DNA from: Blastocladiella emersonii ATCC 22665
Taxonomy: Eukaryota > Fungi > Blastocladiomycota
Assembly: GCA_025594325.1 (NCBI GenBank)
Contig: JANHCV010000014.1
Location: 434,001 to 498,000, forward strand
Direction: 5' to 3'
DNA: 64,000 nt
A program made the translations under genes and the position numbers. The notes beneath the pieces are model-generated. The model worked only from the letters and a program-made list of their open reading frames with translations. It was not told the origin of the DNA and did no database searches. Within the stretch, counting starts at the first letter, position 1; each line of letters starts with the position of its first letter. Positions 34,201 to 44,304 of this stretch are shown here, in pieces.

Positions 34201-36696
34201 ACGCTCGCCGAGTTCAAGTACGTCCCCGAGCGCGCCGACGCCATGCGCCGCCAGATGCTCGAGGAGACCACGCGCATTCACGCCGCCGCCGACCCCGTCG
34301 CGGCGGGCGACGCGTGGAGCCACCCGGCAACCTCGGCCAGCGCGTCCGCCGCGGCTGCGGCCGCCAGCGGCGCAGCGGGCGCTGGACCTATCGACTCGGC
34401 CATGTCCGACTACGCCCAGGACGAGTCCAAGTCGGAGCGCTCCCGCGACGACGCGTCGTCGTCGACGCACCCGCCGCGCGGCAGCAGTACGGCCGCCGGC
34501 CCGGGGTCGGGTGGCGAGCGTAAGCTCACGCGCGAGGAGCGGCTCATGATGACGTACATTGCGCGGATCCAGCGCGAGCAGGAGCGCGGCAATGGTGGGG
34601 GAAGCGGCGCGACGTCGAGTAAGCGGCGCAAGGCGTCGACCGCCGCTGCGGCTGCTGCGAGCTCGGAGCCATCTACTGCCGCCGCGACGCCGAAACCCGA
34701 ACCCACCGCCGCCGCCACTGTCCCCGCGGCTGACGATATCCGCGTCGCCGAGCTGCCCGAGTACTGCATCTCGGGCGACGCGTCACGCGTGACGCGCGCG
34801 CTCGCGCTCCCCGGCGCCTCGGACTTCATGCCGCGCGCGGTCCTCGCCGCGGCGCGCGCCGGGCACGTCGAGCTCGTCCGCGTCGTCCTCGAGCGCATCG
34901 GGCCCGGGTCCCACGCGCACCAGCTCGCGACCGCCGCCATGCACCACGCCGTCAAGAACAACCACGTCGACGTCGCGTCGTACCTCCTCGCCAAGGGCGC
35001 GTCGCTCCGCGCGCGCAACCGTGCCGGGCGCACGCCGATTCAGCAGGCCCGCGCCACGGGGAATCCCGCGATGGTGTTGTTGCTCGAGCAGGCGGTCGCC
35101 GCGGCGGCGAACCCCGCGGCGGCGGTGGCGGGGAACGCGGTCAAGCGCGAGGCGGCGGATGGTGGCGGCAGCGAGTCGCCTGCGTCGTCCACGAGTACGC
35201 CGACCGAGTCCAAGCGCGACGCGGACGGCGATGTCGTCATGGACGATAACACGCCCGCGACGACCATCACCATCACGCCCAACGCCGTGGTCGTCCTCGA
35301 GGGCGGCGATGCTGCCGCCGCCGATCCCGCCGCGCCCGCCCCGAGCTCGCTCAAGCGCAAGGCCGCCCCGCCCGCGCCCGCCGGCGACCTGTCCGAGACC
35401 GACGTCGACTCGGAGAACGAGATGGTCGCGTCCGTGGCCACCGCGGTGTCGGCAGCTGCTGCCGCGCCCGCACCGGCACCGGCGCCCGCGCGGCGGCGCC
35501 AGACCACGCAGCCGCCGCCCGCAAAGAAGCAGGCGGTCGCTGCCCCCGTAGCGGCGGCACCGCCGGGCGAGAAGGAGAAGCCGGGTAGTCGCCGCGGGAG
35601 CGTCTCGGGCGACGGCGTAGTGCCTGCGCGCCCCGCCAAGCCGGCGAGCAGCAACAGCAAGCCGGGCAGCGGCAACCGGTCCGCGGTCACGTCGCCCAAG
35701 AAGGAGGTCAAGTCGGTCCCGCCGCCCGCCACCAGTGCGCCCGCAAGTAAGTCGAGTGGGAATAACGGCGCGCCGGGCGGCAGCAGCAGTCGGCCGCCCG
35801 CTTCGCGCAAGTCGAACCCGACGGTCGCCGCCGAAACTCCCGCCGCGGCGCCACTGCCCGCACCGCTGCCGTCCAAGGCGGCCGACCGCCGGCTCCCCGC
35901 ACCCGGCGCAGTCGACTCGCGCGCCGTGTCACCGGACCTGTCGGTCGCCGACCTCGACATCAACCCGCCGCCACCACCACCCCCGGCGCCGTCCGCGAAA
36001 CCCGCGCGGCCGTCCACTGCCGACTCGGCGACCTCCTCCTCGGCCGCCGCCGCGCCGTCGGGCGGGATCACGCGGTACCGGCGCGACGTCGACGGCACGC
36101 GCGTGTCCGCCTCGGGGTCCGCGCGATCGTCGCAGCCGTCGTCGCCGCAGCTCGCGTCGCCGAACCTGCCCGCGCTCCCCTCCTCCTCCTCCTCTTCCGC
36201 CAAGCCCATCGTCGCGGTGCAGTGCGGCGCGCGGTTCTGCGTGCTCGAGACGGACGTGCGCGCATCCCTCCCGCCGCCGTGCCACGCGTTCGCGCACTTC
36301 CGCGCGCCGTCCGACGCCGAGCTCGCGGCCATCGCCGCATCCCCCGCGGCCCCCGCGCCGGGGCACCGCAACGCCAAGGACATGCGCGTCGCGCACCTCG
36401 ACGAGCTCCTCGCGTTCCTCCACGCGGCGTGCCCGCGCAGCGTGCTCCGCGCCGTCCAGTTCTCGCACTGGCGCCCGCGCGGCGCGGCAGCCGCCGTCGC
36501 GCGCCCACCACCGCCAAGAAAGGTGCTTGTGCGTGGGCGGCTTGTCCCGCCGCCGCCTCGGTTCCGCGCGGGAGCCGCGGGCGCGGGCGCAGGTGTTGTC
36601 CCGCCCAAGGTCCAGTTCAAGCTGCAGATGCGCAGTAGCAGGAGTAGCGGTGGTGCGGGAGCGGCGCCAGCAGGAGGCAAGGCTAAGGTGGCGTGA
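31207..36696 (+). CDS. Large ankyrin-repeat nuclear protein (ANKRD11/12- or Hos4-like ankyrins)
   Basis: 1829-aa ORF. Ankyrin clusters GRTRLFRAVRRGD..DHAGWTPLHEA..GNTPLHDA and DNAGWTPLHE..GNTPLHEA, plus a third near GHVELVRVVL..GRTPIQQA; otherwise S/P/A-rich disorder. Confidence 0.85.
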   Translation: MHPSSRGHLPPRPHTSADGSRSDPRPPPPPPPLAGSHPSRDRDRDRDRDRERERERMRDRDREMRDRDRERERERDRERDRDRDRDRDRERGHIIRDRERERDRDRDRDRPPLPPPQLPAPAAPASLPPLPVPRETTRPAAPAPVPVPAAPSTVADQSDLSDVESMSSRAAAAAAAAAHAPRRPSPRPQTQSVTATQETPRGRPAAPAPTAATPSSSQQPLPGSSRRGPSAARSPSLSEVSTVPPSSPLPSSPTRDGRRTEDSTLVDILDDNDDDDDDASSDDASSDASSGGGGGSSDSEREFHARNRRNRHRPHRRRPMRDLAGSDDDSDLDDEQYARGRPRIRRAPSTTPSLSSSASSSVRLSSLSTSPAAPAKRAEQIKQQERRRASPNGGSGNRALRHEPGSGNGRTQQQRDASVSSISSSDFSPPPARRTNPHSSSSDRPANRPAAKPAPSLPSSRSSGNPAPPRPNPRQIDSDSSSSDDPGNSSRPSSRASTSRRAPTAAARVRRVRSSSDDDDPLPASPRVRDVEDDDDDSPPPSKNRKIRPTTAAGGATASPRGAGQRASPFSSAAARQPQSPRSPQSVAARPKVEQRSPHGGKATAAGGAPSRPSLLNPGGKPANGHAERPPAARPAPAPPSRNDRPPSPPPRPAAPAAKRPPAAPAPARPAAAAAPASGGDFAQPAPRAPDSRRGSTNAIVPGRNVDARKDTSGRTRLFRAVRRGDLEQVRALLDAGANVNHKDHAGWTPLHEAVLARHTAVVELLLERGANPNAQGLHGNTPLHDADTEEYYDVARLLLRYGASVAVRNEDGVCPLNNPDAVDEVRDLLQHYAQLEDALLRRDALGMSLLHRCCWECLRAPPAGDKPAAAATASASASSRAPLPPWTPSTDMIHELVACRRVDVSVSDNAGWTPLHEVVAHARTDLVTLFLRHGADVNARGYRGNTPLHEAVAVAHRDPLLVDVLLDHGADPRTLNDAGVSPIALARDTAVDPEVAKTLAEFKYVPERADAMRRQMLEETTRIHAAADPVAAGDAWSHPATSASASAAAAAASGAAGAGPIDSAMSDYAQDESKSERSRDDASSSTHPPRGSSTAAGPGSGGERKLTREERLMMTYIARIQREQERGNGGGSGATSSKRRKASTAAAAAASSEPSTAAATPKPEPTAAATVPAADDIRVAELPEYCISGDASRVTRALALPGASDFMPRAVLAAARAGHVELVRVVLERIGPGSHAHQLATAAMHHAVKNNHVDVASYLLAKGASLRARNRAGRTPIQQARATGNPAMVLLLEQAVAAAANPAAAVAGNAVKREAADGGGSESPASSTSTPTESKRDADGDVVMDDNTPATTITITPNAVVVLEGGDAAAADPAAPAPSSLKRKAAPPAPAGDLSETDVDSENEMVASVATAVSAAAAAPAPAPAPARRRQTTQPPPAKKQAVAAPVAAAPPGEKEKPGSRRGSVSGDGVVPARPAKPASSNSKPGSGNRSAVTSPKKEVKSVPPPATSAPASKSSGNNGAPGGSSSRPPASRKSNPTVAAETPAAAPLPAPLPSKAADRRLPAPGAVDSRAVSPDLSVADLDINPPPPPPPAPSAKPARPSTADSATSSSAAAAPSGGITRYRRDVDGTRVSASGSARSSQPSSPQLASPNLPALPSSSSSSAKPIVAVQCGARFCVLETDVRASLPPPCHAFAHFRAPSDAELAAIAASPAAPAPGHRNAKDMRVAHLDELLAFLHAACPRSVLRAVQFSHWRPRGAAAAVARPPPPRKVLVRGRLVPPPPRFRAGAAGAGAGVVPPKVQFKLQMRSSRSSGGAGAAPAGGKAKVA
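31324..31536 (+). repeat. Coding Arg-Asp/Arg-Glu dipeptide repeat (~70 aa)
   Basis: RDRDRDRDRDRERERERMRDRDREMRDRDRERERERDRERDRDRDRDRDRERGHIIRDRERERDRDRDRDR; synonymously varied codons. Confidence 0.9.
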
Positions 36697-36822
36697 GAGG
36701 CTGGCCGCGGCGGTATTCATTCATTTTGGTATTGACACACATGGATTTTTTTTCACTCATTCTTCTCCATCTACGCATTCTTCACGAGTTGGACTTGAGG
36801 GTACTCCGCCGAAAGTGGTCGC

Positions 36823-37416
36823 TTACGTGGCCGCGGTCGCGTCGTCGCTCTCCAGCTCGTCGACCTCCACCGCCGCCGCGCGCTCCGCCGCCGCGACGCG
36901 CTGCTGCACCCGTTGCCCGACGACGCGAAACAGCTCAAGACTCGTCTCATTGAGCGGTCCGTCGAGCTCGTCAAGGTACGCGATCGCGCGCTCCAGCAAC
37001 CGGTGCAGCGCCGCGGGTTTCAGCGGCGGCGGCGGCGACCGCGGCACCAGTGTCGGTGGCCGTAGCGGCTCCGAGTATACACGACGGCTGGTGTACGCCA
37101 GCTTGCGTTGCGCGGCCACGAGCTGGGCCATCTTGGCGCCGCGGTTCAGACGCGTGAACTCGCGCGGCGGGAGCGGCGGTGGCGCGGGGGTCGTGGTACG
37201 GTGCGGCGGCGCGGGCGAGGCGTGGTTGGTGGCAGTGGAGGCGGGTGACGGAAGAGCGACTGGCGAGGGGGTCGCGGGGATCGCTGCGGGTTGGGAAGGT
37301 GTGGAGAAGGCCGAGGTCGGCGACGGCGGCGAGCCGTGCCCGGTGAGCGCGACGTCGGCGAGCTGCTCCATGATAACTACGCGTATTTCCTCGATCGGAC
37401 GTATGATGCGCCGCAT
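36823..37416 (-). CDS. Hypothetical Pro-rich protein (~180-197 aa)
   Basis: ORF with coding-like GC3 and a helical C-terminus (LHRLLERAIAYLDELDGPLNETSLELFRVVGQRVQQR). Confidence 0.55.
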   Translation of the reverse strand: MRRIIRPIEEIRVVIMEQLADVALTGHGSPPSPTSAFSTPSQPAAIPATPSPVALPSPASTATNHASPAPPHRTTTPAPPPLPPREFTRLNRGAKMAQLVAAQRKLAYTSRRVYSEPLRPPTLVPRSPPPPLKPAALHRLLERAIAYLDELDGPLNETSLELFRVVGQRVQQRVAAAERAAAVEVDELESDDATAAT

Positions 37417-37461
37417 CGATCACAGCAACAGCGCGCTCACGTCGCGTCGCGAGAGACAGAA

Positions 37462-38050
37462 ATGTCCCTCGCGCTCCACGTGATTGGCGTGGTGGACGCG
37501 TCGCGACGCGTCTCCTTTTGCGGTGATCCCACGGCCCGTACCCAGACTCCCCACGCGCCGCCCGAAATCATGATGAACGGTAATGATGTATCCTCTGCCA
37601 CTGGCAGCAAACTGAGCGCGCGGGACTCGCTGATCCAGACCGTGGGATTCGTGCCAAAAGGTGACCTTCGCCCTCGCACCGCGCATCCCTCGACCCAGCG
37701 CTGATCCGCGCCCTGCTCTCGTTAGACCCACTCGGCTGGCTATACTGCGCGCGCGGCTTCTACAAGCTGCGGCAGTACCACGCGGTGATCGAGTGCGTGA
37801 CGCCCGCGCTGCGCAACGACCGCACGAAAAAGGAGGCCCAGCACCTGCTCGCCTTCTCGTTCCTCCACACGTCCCAGGCTGAGGCCGCGCTCGGCGCCTT
37901 CTTCAAGTCGGTCGTGCTCGGGAACGACACGGACTGGCAGTGTCTCGTCGAGCTGCTCCTCGACAACCCGGTATGGCTGCACACGCGCGTTGTGTGGGAA
38001 ATTGGGCTCACGGGTGTGTGGCGCGCGTGTAGAAACTCAAGCTGACATGA
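37462..38050 (+). CDS. Small TPR-like helical protein, three exons
   Basis: Introns 37661-37725 and 37971-38032 give MSLALHVIG...DPLGWLYCARGFYKLRQYHAVIECVTPALRNDRTKKEAQHLLAFSFLHTSQAEAALGAFFKSVVLGNDTDWQCLVELLLDNPKLKLT*. Confidence 0.65.
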
Positions 38051-38159
38051 CGACCGACCGCGTTCGAGGGAAGCTAAGTGAATGATATGAGCTACTATTC
38101 TATGCACAAAACTTGGGAGCGACGGCGGTCGCAGGTGCGAAAACCCTCGCACTTCGAGC

Positions 38160-38988
38160 TCAGGTCATCGCAACAAAGGCGATGCCCGCCACGAGCAGAC
38201 CGGCCGCAAGGACCGCGGGCGCGACGACCCAGAACCACGTCATGAGCACCATCGTCGGCACCGCCGTGCACGTCGCCGTGAGGAACAGTGTGCGGATGGC
38301 GAAAATGATGAGCACGACGAGCGCGACGCGGCCGAGGGTGTTGGCGCTGAACGAGCGAGCGAGGAGAGAACGTTAGACGGGGTCTCGATGCAGAGTTTGA
38401 TGGAGAAAGGTATGTACACGTAGAGCAGCGAGTAGACCTTAGCCATGACCGGGGTCGGGGGAACCGCCGCGTTCTTGGAGATGAACGTGCGGTACACGCC
38501 AATGAAACCCGTGGCGAACAGCACGAGGCCGACGATGAGGGTGCCGAGGTTCAGCGTGCGCAGGGTGCCGCACACGCCCGAGTTGAACTCGTCCTCGCTC
38601 GCCGACGACCCGGCCGCCGCGATCAGCGCGATCAGCGGGAACAGGACCGGGATGAAGTTGAACAGCATGCTCGTGGCGGCGATGCCCAGGCCGATGTTGC
38701 GACCCTGGCGCTTCAGCGACGCTAGAGAGACAGGGCGGCGGCGGTGATGAGCGAGAGGGACTCGGTGCGAGGCGGCGAGAGCGAGGAGGGCGTACCATCG
38801 CTGGGCGAGATGGACTGCGTCTCCACGTCGGCCTGGTCGTCTGCTGAGGCCTCCTCCTCGACGGCTGCCGTCGCCGACTGGGCGGCGTCCGCGGTAGCAT
38901 GGGCCACGGGCTTGTTGGGCACGAGGTGCTCGCCGGAGTTGGTCGGAGCGCTGGCGGCGGCAGGGGCTGATGCGGACGACTGATTCAT
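38160..38988 (-). CDS. Multi-pass membrane protein with acidic disordered N-terminus
   Basis: Introns 38722-38795 (GTACGC..CTAG) and 38347-38417 (GTACAT..TCAG) give a continuous frame with 4-5 hydrophobic helices ending ...GIAFVAMT*. Confidence 0.7.
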
Positions 38989-40456
38989 GGCAAAAGGAGT
39001 ATCAGACAGGTTGTGTATGGGGAGAGGAAGCCCTCATGGCGGAGAAAGCGACCCTCAAGTACTCGCCCTCGCTCAAAGGGACGCCCCGCTGTGCGGTCAA
39101 CAGAAATCGTGCAAACGGGGCCGAGAGTGAAGGGCTTCATCTGGCCTCTCATTTCTGGGCGGCAAGGTGTGGCGTTGCTTGCGCCACCGCGAACGAAGGC
39201 CCTTGTTCGGGCAAGGGAACTGGTTCGGGAAACCCCTGTCCGAGTCGCTTCTGGATCCGTGTCCGCAGCTGGGCTGGTGGCTTAGCTCGCGCACGCACGC
39301 GAGGAACACTTGATCTGAGCCGTGATCTGAACTTTCAAGTCGGATGGACGTTTGACCCATGTGCGATGCAATCGAGATATATTCAGGACGCTTGTGATGC
39401 GAGGTGCGCGACGCGTTTCTACGCCTTCAGAAACCCGAGAACGCCGCCAACGCGCAGATGCACCTGTTTGCGTGCCCCGCTTCGCGCGCGTGGTCGACCC
39501 CGCGGCGGGCGACGACGCCGCTGGCCGCATTGGCAACGCCTTAGCGGCGGTCGCCGAGGTTGAGATCTGGGGCAGCCTCCGCGCCGGCATCGCCTGCCCG
39601 CTCGCAGGGCAGCTCAGTGGCTCAAACCGTATCAAATGCACCGCGGCCTCCGTCGTGGGCGCGCCGCTCACAGCATGGGTTCAAGCGGATGTACAACCAC
39701 CTCTGCAAGCTCCCCGCGCTTCCTCCTGCGACGTCCATCGCCTCGGACGCCGTGCGGGGGCATGCTTGGCGCCCGCGCTGCAACGAGATCGCCGATGCTG
39801 CGCAGGTGACTGACTCATGACGGTGCCCTCGACGCGAGTGACCAGCCGCACCGCACCGCCCACTGTTGAAGCGCGCGCACCGCGCAGCAGGGCCATGCGC
39901 TGTGCTACGGCGCGCTGTGCTGCGTCACACCACTCTCCGACCCCAGCGACAAGTGCTGCAGCAGCAGTGATGCAATGGGCTCGTTCGACGGGCGCCTCAA
40001 GCGGAAGCGCACCCGCACGGAGCAAGCGCCCAACGTGGTGCGGGCTTTAGCCCTCAATTGGAAACCGAGCGCGAAGCGTTTTGGTGGTTCAAGCATATTT
40101 CCGTCATTCGAGCACCTTGCGGGGCGGGCGTGGTGAGCTCAGACGGGCGGAAATGGTCAAGTCACGTGCTGATGAACGACGCGACCTGCAGCTTGCGCTC
40201 GCGGCGTGAGCGAGTGCCACGTTCGGCACCCAAGCTCAAGCTTAAAACTCACGAGCCGGAGCGAGATTGGAATTGAAACCCAACGGTTTGAGAAGCCAGT
40301 CGCAAAGAACGCGCTTCCAACTTCAGGGCTGCGAACTCACAGCGTAGAATGCAGGCGATCTTTGGGCTGCGATGAAGAGCTTGTGCAAGGAGCTTCTACG
40401 GTGTCCAACCTGCTGGGTGAGAAAAAAAAATATTGTGACGGTGCAGTGAAATAAAG

Positions 40457-40528
40457 TGAGGCGTGAGTGAGTCGAACACCCAACCTTTTGATCTGGAGTC
40501 AAACGCGCTACCATTGCGCCAACGCCCC
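40457..40528 (-). tRNA. trnW-CCA: tRNA-Trp (CCA)
   Basis: GGGGCGT TG GCGCAATGGTAGCGC G TTTGA CTCCAGA TCAAA AGGTT GGGTG TTCGACT CACTC ACGCCTC A: all cloverleaf stems pair. Oligo-T Pol III terminator downstream. Confidence 0.95.
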
Positions 40529-40791
40529 TAGATAATGGACGTAATACTGGAGGTCATATACATTGGGCTTTGCTGGTAAACGCGAGGCCCCTGTCAACGG
40601 GTCAGCAAGTCGAACTTCACGTTGATGCGCATCAGATTCTTCTAGCCACGCAAATCAAAGCTTGAGCTGGGAGTGACGAATCGGGCCCCTCGTCGCGTCA
40701 GCTGTGGGCGGCCAATTTCCCAGCGTGATCAGAAAGCGACAGCATCCTGCGACGCGTCCGCTGTTCCCAGCTGCCTTCTTTTCTCGCTACC

Positions 40792-41917
40792 ATGAAGCAA
40801 ACGGATGAACACTGGCCGCAACGGACTCTGCCGCGCTTGCCCCTCGAAATTATCGATACAATCGTACTGATCGTGCGACCAAGCGTGGAGCTTGCTCCGC
40901 GTGCTTCCGGCCCCAAGCACACGCTTGCGTAAGTTTATCATATACGACCCGCAAGCCGAATCGCTGCGACATGCGGCGCTGCGTCCCCCAAACCTGCGTC
41001 CCTCGAACAGGGAGCTCCGTGATGCCATGCTTGCGCATTTCCCCAAATCGTCGGCTGCCCCGGTCGGCCGGCATAAACGCGCTTTTTTCGTCAAGCTCGC
41101 CTCGGCCGCTGGCCGCATCGACCTGCTTGAAGCGGCGCACAAAGCCGTGGGCCTTGTTCGCAACACCAAGCTCGCGTCCGAGGCCTTTGAGCTTGCAACC
41201 GGCGCGGGCCAGTTGGACGCGCTTCAATGGTGGTACGACACACGAGTTGACCTCGACTACCACAAGGCATTCAATGCGGCAGTCAAAAGCGACCGAGGCA
41301 GCTTACCTTTGTGGATCTTCGACCGCTATCGCGTTCCTCGCCGTCCTCGCAAGAAGCAAAACGACTATGACGAGGTCATCGAGGACAATTCTGAAAGCAG
41401 CGACAATTCCGGTAGCAGCGACTTATCCAACAGCGGTGACGATTACGACAGCGATGAGGAGCACGACATGAACATGGAAGCTCGATACGATTTTCATTGC
41501 CAAGTTACCTCCAACCTGGCCAGGCGCACCCTAGCCTGCGGCCTCGTTTACGTGCTCAATCATCTCCCGATCCCGCTTTATGAGGAAGGGCCATACGATG
41601 ACTGGGTTGCCGAAATCGATGACTGGGACCGAGTGATTGTGTACTGTATCAAGCGCGACCGCCCGCACATGCTCAAGTACATGGCCGATCCGCCTGATGC
41701 TTTCTACGTGAAGCATGTCTATGACCGTAACCACAGTTTTCATAACATACTTGCGCCCGAGCCCCGAGCCCCGAGCCCCGCTCCCCGTTTGACGCGCTTG
41801 TCAGCGAGTCCATTTCTTTCCTCGACGAGGCCACCAAGGCGGGTGCCATCGGTTGCCTTGAATAGCTCGACGAGGCGATGGCGCGACCGAGGATCCCTAC
41901 GCCAATCCACTCCCTGA
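40792..41917 (+). pseudogene. F-box-like / degenerate ankyrin-like repeat protein pseudogene
   Basis: ATG 40792 (LPRLPLEIIDTIV), frameshift at ~40885 into ORF 40892. Repeats such as LASAAGRIDLLE and LATGAGQLDALQWWY. A (GAGCCCC)n slip at ~41760 and a TAG at ~41864 follow. Confidence 0.65.
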
Positions 41918-42697
41918 CATGACCAAGTTTACGTTTCGCCACGTCCTCAAGGCCGCGCGGCTCGGCCATCGCGATGTTACCAACTGGAGGCTCAGGTCAG
42001 GTCGCCTTGACAAGGACCAGGAGGCCGAGTTGCTTAATTTCGTTGGCGCTGCATCTGCTTATTCCAGCTCCTCAAATTGAATAGTGACGAGTGATGTACT
42101 CATCATTCGACCTTTATGTATATAAATATGTTTTCTCCGCGCCCGCCAACGATCGCCGCGCCTCGGCTGGGCGCGTCAGTTTCGAGCGCGTAGCAGGTTT
42201 CCAGTGGAGACTAAACGTATGCGGAGAGTGGGCGAGGTACATTCCGTAGCGGGAAACGATCTTGTTCGATTTCAAGGGCGGCACCCGCGAGCGTCACATT
42301 CGCGCGACGGCCACCTGCTCGATGATAAGACTATTTCCCGACAGAACATTGCTTTGACGGATCCCTCACCTTGGCGGCTCGGGCGCTCTTCGCAACTTCG
42401 CAAGTTGCGACGCGCCGCGCCACTCACGTGATCTCGTTGCCATGGTGCGCGCCGCTGGGCGGTGAGTGGTGTCCCAGCACCGGCTAAAGTGTGATGTTGG
42501 AAACCGTCGACGTTGCTCGCTCACGCCCTTCAAGGGCCATGCGGCCAGCGACGCGCGCTCCCGAACCAAGTCACAGGTTAGCCATCAAAAAAACAGTGAA
42601 AACCAAGCTCGATTCGTGCATTCGAATCATCCAGCGAGCGAGAGGGAGAACACACCTCAGAGCCCGACGCGAATCACAAAACGGCGCGACGCAAGCG

Positions 42698-43573
42698 TTA
42701 CGGGTTGTCGCCCCAGCCCGCGTCGAGGCCGGGCGTGTCGCTCAGGAGCGCAGCGACGAGCCCGCGGTGCACCAGACTCGAGCGGCGCCAATTCTTGTCG
42801 AGGTCGAGGCGCGGGCTGCGGAGCTCCTCGAGGTCCGGCATTTTCCACTGGAGCTCGCCGTGCATGCCAAGGAACACGCCAAAGCGGACTTTCTTCTTGA
42901 GCCACTGGTCGCGCGCACGATCGTACTTGATGACCAGCTTCACCAGCGCGGCCCACTGTCCGAGCGTGAGCGTGACGTGGAAGATACGCGGGAACCGCCG
43001 CTTGGCCTGCTGGAAGATGGCGTCCATGGCGGGCGAGTCGAGCGCGTTGCCAAGCAGCTGCATGATGGCGAGAACCGGCTCGGCGCGGGCGCTGCGCGAG
43101 CGATTCTCGCGCGGATTGCCGTCGATGCGCTCGGCGAGCGACTTGGCGAGCTGCGCGAGGTCGCAGCCGCCGGCGAAAGTGGGTTCAGCAAGATCAAAGA
43201 GATAGTCAGCGAGGACCGGGTACAGCGACTCCAAAGGGCGCTTGTCTCTGCGGAAGATGGCAATAACACTCATCAGGCTGAATGGCTCGAACGTGTGGCC
43301 GCCCGCACATTCGATGAGAGCGCCCACTTCGCCGGGGTACCCGCGTTAGGCCGCGTACTGGTCCTTCCACGCGGCGGGCACGCGGTGCGCGAGGAGCGAC
43401 GCGACCCACGCGTGCTTCATAGGCTTGGCGGCCAGCGCGTCCGCGAAGGCGCGCGTCGCCGCGGGAACGAGCGAACGCGGCTCGGCGAAGCGCAGGACGG
43501 CAGCGAGCAGCTCGGCCGACAGGTCGGGATGCGTGGTGTGGACTGGATCCATGGTGTTGGTCTTCTGCTTCAT
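42698..43573 (-). pseudogene. F-box-like protein with one in-frame nonsense codon
   Basis: DLSAELLAAVLRFAEPRSLVPAA..AF resembles the N-termini of the 24881 and 62264 genes. TAA at 43346-43348 is in frame with downstream ORF 42698-43327. Confidence 0.65.
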
Positions 43574-43704
43574 GGTTGCTTGTAGCTCAAGGAGGAGTTG
43601 CCGGTCAAAGTGCGGGAGAGGGAGTCAGCTCAGCGCGGGGGCGCGACGGACGCGGCGGCGAACGGTGAGTCGCGGTGTGAGTCAGTCGTTTCGCCTGCGC
43701 GCCA

Positions 43705-43739
43705 CACGTGCGCGATCACCTGTTTTCGAGACGCGTCTC
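43705..43739 (-). promoter_or_regulatory. Composite element variant ACGCGT-N20-CACGTG
   Basis: cacgtg(43705-10), 20 nt, acgcgtctc(43731-39); about 130 nt upstream of ATG 43573. Confidence 0.45.
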
Positions 43740-44304
43740 GCAGCCCTTGCCACTCTGACGGAGGCAGGAATGTGAGGAGCGCCACTCGCGCGCAGGAAAT
43801 ACGAGGCCCGGATCTGAGTTGTTCTAGCTCACCCCCTTCAACATCGAAACGGGTTTCCTGTCAACGCAGTCGCGGTCAATTTGGTGGTCCTGGGACTCTT
43901 GCCCGACTTCCATCGCAACGCGGCCGGATGGGTAACGCTCACGTGCGGCTCGGTCTAACGCCAGATTCCGTTCCCCTCTGCACAGGGCATGAATCCCGAA
44001 GAAGCCCGAACGCAATCGTCAGCGAGAACGCGCGAGGCGAAGAGTGGCGTTACGAAAACGTGCGATGCAAACGAAGAGGCCGCAAGCGCTCGGGGTTGCT
44101 GGTCGATCTCGGCACCCAGTCGTCGCGTCGTCACCTCGCATCAACACCGCGTAACGAGCTCGTCACGAAGGAACGAGGTGAAGTCAAGTTTCGTCCACAC
44201 AACGCTAGAGAGCGTCGAAATTATTCGCCTCAAGTGCAACACGCATAGTTCACAAAAACAGCGAGCCATGTATACTTACAATCGACTCGCGCCACGAACA
44301 CCGC

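Noticed and set aside
38990-40400. Several 60-200 aa ORFs
   Set aside because: No codon bias or motifs, and they overlap on both strands; treated as non-coding or decayed.
14289-43573. Stop-codon reassignment or readthrough explaining the in-frame TAG/TAA/TGA codons
   Set aside because: The stops replace different ancestral residues (W, E, Q), co-occur with frameshifts, and all three stop codons terminate intact core genes normally.
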